Source: Escherichia phage vB_VIPECOMC06. From it: DNA of 64,000 nt. The DNA lies in sequence record PQ416618.1, one strand, 5' to 3'. Below are positions 62,722 through 64,000 of the stretch, one piece after another. Both the position numbers and the translations under genes were made by a program. Below the pieces are notes generated by a model. It saw only the letters and a list, made by a program, of their open reading frames with translations, ran no database searches and was not told the DNA's origin. How positions within the stretch are numbered: position 1 is the stretch's first letter; each line of letters begins with the position of its first letter.

Positions 62722-63996
62722 TTAGATGCCTTTTACATATACACGGCGGAAGTAAGCGTTCTTACCAAGGCTGTTCAGGATAGACGGCATACCGGACTGG
62801 ATGCGAGCACCTGGAGCCTGCAGGGAACTTTCAGCAAACGGGTTAACACCGATACCGTAACGAGTTTTAAAGCCCATTACCGGCTGGAAGTTCTTAGGAT
62901 CGGAACCACGCAGTGGGGTAAGTGCAACGTAAGGAGCATAGTAAATACCTGCATCCATTTCGTTAGCGCCTTTGTAACCAACGGTAAAGTAATCCTGTTT
63001 AGCATACTGGTCGATGTATACGCGGTACTTACCACCAAGTACACCGGCAAATACAGACTTAGTAGTGTCGGTATTAAAACCAGAAGCCAGACCCTGTGCA
63101 GCGTAAGAAATACCAGTATCAACTGAAGCCAGTACGTTAACTACGTTACGGGAAGCGATAATGAAGTTACCTTCACCACGACCGGTTTGACGAGCAATTT
63201 CAACTGCTTCTTTATCAATCTGGAACAACAGAGCTTTAAAGCTTTCACCGGCCCAACGAGCACCACGGATATCAATCGGGTCCTGGAAGTCAAATACACC
63301 AGCTTTAGAACCAACGATATTAGTCATACCAGATTTACCAACCTGAGCGGAGTAGTTAATCCAGTCAACAACTTCACGGTTGATTTCCAGCATAATTTCA
63401 GTAGCAAGAATACCACTCAGTTCAGCATCAGCATCCATACCGTGTACTGCACGGAGGTCTTGTGCCAATTCGATGGAGTAAGCTGCTTTCAGCTGACGAG
63501 ATTTAGCTTCAATAACTTGTTTGTCGATACGGAAGCCCATTTCGTTCCATGGGTTATCGGTAGAACCGTTGAAACCTTCCTGAAGCTCGGCGATAGAAGT
63601 AGCCATACCTTCAGCGATTTCTACCAGTACACCAGCTTCCATTTGTTTCTTAATTTCAGCATCCAGTTTAGTTGCATCGGTAGCACTAGCATCGATTGTT
63701 ACTACAGCAGAAGCTTGTAGATACACAGTACCAGTGTCCTGGAAGAAGTGAGTATAGATATCACCTACAACGGTTTGTGTGCTAGCAGCCAGAGCTGGGA
63801 ATTTCTTAGCAGCACCCTGACCAGAGAACATCGCGTCTGGAGCATACATCGGATGGAAAGCTTCTTTAGCGTCAGCAGCGATAGGGTCTTTACCATATAC
63901 TGCACGGAGAGCAAATACCTGACCGGTAGGGCTGTTCATAGGCTGAACACCACAAATATCGAAAGCGATCAGATTAGGAATAGCACGACGAACCAT
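62722..63996 (-). CDS. 23: gp23 major capsid protein, C-terminal part (5' end beyond window)
   Basis: Open frame running to the window end; C-terminal ...FRRVYVKGI and HK97-like capsid sequence; adjacent to gp24. Confidence 0.9.
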   Translation of the reverse strand: MVRRAIPNLIAFDICGVQPMNSPTGQVFALRAVYGKDPIAADAKEAFHPMYAPDAMFSGQGAAKKFPALAASTQTVVGDIYTHFFQDTGTVYLQASAVVTIDASATDATKLDAEIKKQMEAGVLVEIAEGMATSIAELQEGFNGSTDNPWNEMGFRIDKQVIEAKSRQLKAAYSIELAQDLRAVHGMDADAELSGILATEIMLEINREVVDWINYSAQVGKSGMTNIVGSKAGVFDFQDPIDIRGARWAGESFKALLFQIDKEAVEIARQTGRGEGNFIIASRNVVNVLASVDTGISYAAQGLASGFNTDTTKSVFAGVLGGKYRVYIDQYAKQDYFTVGYKGANEMDAGIYYAPYVALTPLRGSDPKNFQPVMGFKTRYGIGVNPFAESSLQAPGARIQSGMPSILNSLGKNAYFRRVYVKGI

Positions 63997-64000
63997 ACCC

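Noticed and set aside
62656-63720. + strand ORFs (156 aa, 177 aa) within the gp23 region
   Set aside because: Antisense to the major capsid gene; the - strand frame has the clear capsid-protein translation.

Overview
This window is a densely packed segment of a T4-like (Tevenvirinae) myovirus genome, low GC, with about 90 protein-coding genes and no rRNA, tRNA or CRISPR. It runs in reverse orientation relative to the conventional T4 map. Gene order on the + strand is: topoisomerase II large subunit (3' end) - glycosyltransferase - rIIA.1 - rIIA - rIIB - denB - ndd - small membrane peptides - gp52 - motA - small early genes - asiA; then holin t and the long tail fibre cluster 38-37-36-35-34 on the - strand; then rnh - dsbA - 33 - GIY-YIG endonuclease - 59 - 32 - frd - td - nrdA - nrdB - denA - rnlA - alc - pseT - DAHP-synthase-like gene - cd - 31 - rIII - small genes - DNA ligase gp30 - alt; then baseplate genes 54-48-29-28-27-51 on the - strand; then 26 - 25 - uvsY on +, uvsW on -, inh - hoc - rnlB on +, and gp24 and the 3' part of gp23 on -. 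Gene identities come from my recall of T4 protein sequences and from motifs read in the supplied translations; no database search was run. T4-type early promoters (GTTTAC...TATAAT-like), late promoters (TATAAATA), MotA-box middle promoters and UUCG-tetraloop terminators are visible throughout. The most notable content relative to canonical T4 is: (1) a GT-B-type glycosyltransferase between gene 39 and rIIA, (2) a complete class I DAHP synthase (AroG-like) gene just upstream of dCMP deaminase, (3) a free-standing GIY-YIG homing-endonuclease-like gene between genes 33 and 59, (4) a NADAR/YbiA-like gene and a HAD-like gene upstream of DNA ligase, close to the Alt ADP-ribosyltransferase, and (5) intron-less td and nrdB. 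I suggest the glycosyltransferase and the DAHP-synthase-like enzyme could belong to a non-glucosyl DNA sugar-hypermodification pathway; this is an untested inference.
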